DNA from: Thermoproteota archaeon
GTDB taxonomy: Archaea; Thermoproteota; Thermoprotei; Gearchaeales; Gearchaeaceae
Direction: 5' to 3'
DNA length: 22,222 nucleotides
Assembly: GCA_032249235.1 (NCBI GenBank)
Contig: JAVVGF010000010.1
Coordinates: 1-22,222 of the forward strand
Below the pieces are notes generated by a model that worked only from the letters and a program-made list of their open reading frames with translations, was not told the origin of the DNA and made no database searches. Shown piece by piece: positions 19,337 through 22,222 of this stretch (the first letter of the stretch is position 1; every line of letters begins with the position of its first letter). The position numbers were made by a program, and so were the translations under genes.

Positions 19337-20236
19337 CTACTGTTCTCTTCCTATTATTAAATAAATTCCTTCTTCTTTGCAGTTCTCCTTCAAGAAGTTC
19401 GCAACTTCTTCGTTGGTGAACTCAACAGATAAAACCTTCAAATATAATTTCTTATTCGTAAACTTCTCAGCAGCTTTTGCAGCAACGTTTAACTTTTCTA
19501 ATTGATTCTTCGCTTCTTCAATATTGCGCAACGTTACGGTTACTTCGCCTACAATTAATGGATCTGAACAAAATATATCCACCTCTTTATAACCGTCGAT
19601 TGGCAATGTTACGTTTACTCTTATATCGCAATCTATACCTCTTTCCTTCATTAATAGTTTGATAACTCTACTTGAATAATACTCAAAACCGCCTCCTAGT
19701 GCATCACGAATATCTGTAATAGCACTAATGAGCCATTTAAACGTTTTATCAGCGTTCTCCCATCTTTTGAAGTTTTCCTCCCATAATTTAGCATTTTCCT
19801 GCCATCTCTTATCGTTTTCTTCCCAACGTTTAAAATTCTCTTCCCATAATCTTGCATTCTCCTCCCAACGTCTATTATTCTCTTCCCAGCGCTTTTCGTT
19901 TTCTTCCCAACGTTTAAAATTCTCTTCCCACAACTTAGCATTTTCTTCCCATCTTTTCTCATTTTCTTTCCAACGTTTATCATTTTCCTCCCATCTTTTG
20001 AAGTTTTCCTCCCATAACTTGGTGTTATGTTCCCACTTCTTATCGTTCTCCTCCCAACGTTTGTTGTTTTCTTCCCATCTTTTTTCACCTAATCTTATAA
20101 GTCTGTTAAATTCTCTTCTAAGCTTTTTCAATTCATCCATTATATCCCTTATCCCCAATAAGCCTAATACCTCATAGCGGAAGCTTTCATCTTCTTTTAA
20201 GAGTCTTATTAACTCTTTCCTTATATCGATCGACAC
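19337..20236 (-). CDS. Coiled-coil heptad-repeat protein with C-terminal PD-(D/E)XK nuclease-like domain (DUF3782/DUF1626-like)
   Basis: N-terminal ELIRLLKEDESFRYEVLGLLG, WEENxKR heptads, LGGGFE and a C-terminal EVDI...IVGEVT motif. GTG start. Confidence 0.85.
   Translation of the reverse strand: MSIDIRKELIRLLKEDESFRYEVLGLLGIRDIMDELKKLRREFNRLIRLGEKRWEENNKRWEENDKKWEHNTKLWEENFKRWEENDKRWKENEKRWEENAKLWEENFKRWEENEKRWEENNRRWEENARLWEENFKRWEENDKRWQENAKLWEENFKRWENADKTFKWLISAITDIRDALGGGFEYYSSRVIKLLMKERGIDCDIRVNVTLPIDGYKEVDIFCSDPLIVGEVTVTLRNIEEAKNQLEKLNVAAKAAEKFTNKKLYLKVLSVEFTNEEVANFLKENCKEEGIYLIIGREQ
19742..20077 (-). repeat. Intragenic 21-bp tandem repeat (16 units, W-E-E-N-x-K-R)
   Basis: Sixteen consecutive heptads start at W54. 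LWEENFKR recurs at units 4, 8, 12 and 15. Confidence 0.95.
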
Positions 20237-20351
20237 TCCAATATATTATATTCATAAAGAGGCATTTAAAGGAAACAACTATTTGTAAGGGAAAAGATGC
20301 TGAAAATATATAGCTAGTAAGAATATATCAAATTTATTTTTAAAATTTTAA

Positions 20352-21500
20352 TTAGCTAGATTTTTGCATAATTTTCAAACTATTTTCAAAAAATATCAAA
20401 TATTTTCTCGCAACATTGTTCCAATCATGCTTCATCGCAATTTCTATGGCTTTTTTAGAATATTCTTCATAGACTTCTTTTCTTGTTAAAAGCTCAACAA
20501 TTTTTTCAGCCATTTCTATAAGATCGAAATTTTTTATTATAATTCCTCCATCTCTAACTACTTCAGGTATGCTAGCAATATTGAAGGCTACTACTGGCTT
20601 ACCGCTTGCCATTGCTTCTAAAAATATCAATCCAAAACCTTCAATTATTGAGCATGAAGCAAATACATCACATGAAGAGTAGTAATAAGGCAAATCTTCA
20701 TCCTTTACAAATCCTTCAAAGAAAACTTTGTTAGCTAAATTCATTTCTTTTGCAAGTTCCATTAAATTATTTTTCTCTGGTCCTTCACCAACGATTACTA
20801 ATGAAGCATCGATTCTCTTTTGAACATAATTAAATACTCGTATTAGCTTATCTACATTTTTTGTTTTACCTAAAGCACCGACAAATAAAATTACATATTG
20901 CGATTTGAATTTCTCTCTAAATATAGGCTTGTTATTAGGATTGAATTTGCTTGTATCAACTCCTTCATGTATTACTTCTATTTTCTCGCTAGGTATTTTG
21001 AATGTTTCAATTATCTGTTTTTTTGTAAAATGACTTGGAGCAATGATATAATCTAGTTGTGTCATTTTAGAATAAAGGTTAGCAAAAGGTATTACGAAGA
21101 GGTCTTTAATGCTTTTGATATAATCGACGTGATGAGCTAAACCTACTTTTAGCTTCGCGTTAGATAAGAAAGAAAAAGGAGATTGGTTGTTTAACAATAA
21201 AACATCGCTATCTAGCTCTAATGTTTTCAACATTGAAGATAAAGAAAAGCTAAGATAATTTAACTCAGCAATACTTGCAATCTTTCCAAGATATAAGGTT
21301 GCATCCTTAACTCTGAATATTTCAACACCATCTTTTATATCGTAGCTATTTCCTCCATTCCAGAATGTAGTCACAACTCTTACTTTGCAATTATTAAGAG
21401 CTAAATACTTTGAAATGTTCTCAATATGCCTTTCTATACCTGTATAGACTCCTCTTTTAGGATATGGATAAACAGGAGTTGTGATCGTGATTTTTAACAT
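20352..21500 (-). CDS. Glycosyltransferase family 4
   Basis: Motifs YP...GIERHI, IIAPS.FTK, IHEGVD..KF, LFVGAL...KN, IVGEGPE and EGFGLIFLEAMASGKPVVA. The ATG at 21500 is preferred over the ORF-track start at 21524. Confidence 0.95.
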   Translation of the reverse strand: MLKITITTPVYPYPKRGVYTGIERHIENISKYLALNNCKVRVVTTFWNGGNSYDIKDGVEIFRVKDATLYLGKIASIAELNYLSFSLSSMLKTLELDSDVLLLNNQSPFSFLSNAKLKVGLAHHVDYIKSIKDLFVIPFANLYSKMTQLDYIIAPSHFTKKQIIETFKIPSEKIEVIHEGVDTSKFNPNNKPIFREKFKSQYVILFVGALGKTKNVDKLIRVFNYVQKRIDASLVIVGEGPEKNNLMELAKEMNLANKVFFEGFVKDEDLPYYYSSCDVFASCSIIEGFGLIFLEAMASGKPVVAFNIASIPEVVRDGGIIIKNFDLIEMAEKIVELLTRKEVYEEYSKKAIEIAMKHDWNNVARKYLIFFENSLKIMQKSS

Positions 21501-21615
21501 TTCTAAAGCTGATATAGAATTCAAAATTGAAGTGTTTAAAATTTATGTTTTTTAATGCACAAGTTTGTTTAACCTTTGATAAGATGAACGATGTGGGTTA
21601 ATAAATAGTCATAAA

Positions 21616-21623
21616 TTTTATAA
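21616..21623 (+). promoter_or_regulatory. Candidate TATA box for the 21642 gene
   Basis: TTTTATAA lies 19-26 nt upstream of the ATG, a spacing consistent with a leaderless or short-leader transcript. Confidence 0.4.
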
Positions 21624-21641
21624 TAAATTATGTTATGAAAA

Positions 21642-22130
21642 ATGGGCATATGGTTAGTAGTGATAATTGAAAATGTTAAAAAAGTAAGTCAAGAAGAGAT
21701 AAATGAAGCCTTTGGAGTTTATGTTTTTGAATATGAAGGTGGAAAAAGTATAACTCCTCAATGGGAATTATTTGAATGGAAAGGTAAAATTTATGCAACT
21801 TGGAACTTTCCTCCTAGGGTATTCGATGGAATGTATGAACTTTTTATGTCTTCATTAGAGGGAGATCCCTGGAGTAAAGTAGATGAAGACATAAGAAGGA
21901 CGTGGGAATCACTTAGAAAATATTTAGCAAGGGTTCGCGAGTTTTTAGGAAATGGCAAAGTATACATAGGAAACGATTTCCTATATTTTTCCAATCCAAA
22001 TGAAGCCCAAGAATTTGGAGAAGAATTCGTCTTACCTCCTGAAATTCCAGAAGAATTACTGAAAGAACCCGATTTAAATAAATATCCTGAATTGAAGGAC
22101 GTAAAGGAGCTTGAGCTTTTAATATGGTAA
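21642..22130 (+). CDS. Hypothetical acidic, aromatic-rich protein
   Basis: 162-aa ORF with ATG start, coding-like codon use and a candidate TATA box upstream. It is the only credible plus-strand CDS. No recognisable motif. Confidence 0.8.
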   Translation: MGIWLVVIIENVKKVSQEEINEAFGVYVFEYEGGKSITPQWELFEWKGKIYATWNFPPRVFDGMYELFMSSLEGDPWSKVDEDIRRTWESLRKYLARVREFLGNGKVYIGNDFLYFSNPNEAQEFGEEFVLPPEIPEELLKEPDLNKYPELKDVKELELLIW

Positions 22131-22186
22131 TACCGATATTTTGTTAAAGAGCGGCTAACTTCTTCACCATCTTTGTTTTTATATCA

Positions 22187-22222
22187 TATGTATTTACTAA
22201 TCTTATGTATTTACTAATCTTA
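22187..22222. repeat. 17-bp perfect tandem repeat (TATGTATTTACTAATCT x2 plus TA), truncated by the window end
   Basis: 22187-22203 and 22204-22220 are identical, and a possible third copy begins at 22221. Confidence 0.9.

Noticed and set aside
19742-20077. CRISPR array
   Set aside because: The units are contiguous, degenerate at synonymous positions, in frame within a CDS and lack unique spacers. No cas genes are present.
19477-20177. Alternative-frame ORFs 19477-19662 (+), 19696-20088 (-) and 19728-20177 (+)
   Set aside because: They overlap the 299-aa gene. The two longer ones stay open because the 21-bp repeat unit lacks stops in those frames.
21791-21994. 67-aa minus-strand ORF
   Set aside because: It is antisense to the longer, more coding-like 21642-22130 gene.

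Overview
Archaeal chromosomal window, probably from a thermophilic TACK/Thermoproteota lineage. The evidence is GC-rich rRNA set in very AT-rich coding DNA, an ITS without a tRNA, no linked 5S gene and an archaeal FEN1. Positions 1-3309 hold the 3' end of the 16S rRNA, a short ITS and a complete 23S rRNA gene enclosed by a perfect bulge-helix-bulge processing stem. The rRNA is unusual in several ways: an AT-rich, G-U-containing hairpin insertion in the H30/ES9 region of 23S, clustered peptidyl-transferase-centre substitutions, and a 16S 3' end with a decoding-site change, 1492R primer mismatches and a variant anti-SD. Positions 3355-16716 (minus strand) are a tightly packed cell-envelope glycosylation cluster: epimerase, GT-C-like membrane protein, two FtsX/MacB-type permeases with no ATPase, DegT aminotransferase, DUF1616-like halves on two genes, two GT4 enzymes, a Gfo/Idh/MocA dehydrogenase and a Wzx-like flippase, with fen embedded in it. 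After it come a GNAT plus OSBS/N-acylamino acid racemase pair, a probable gene remnant, a Trp/Asn heptad-repeat coiled-coil PD-(D/E)XK protein, another GT4, a divergent hypothetical gene and a 17-bp tandem repeat at the window edge. All family calls come from reading motifs by eye; no searches were run.
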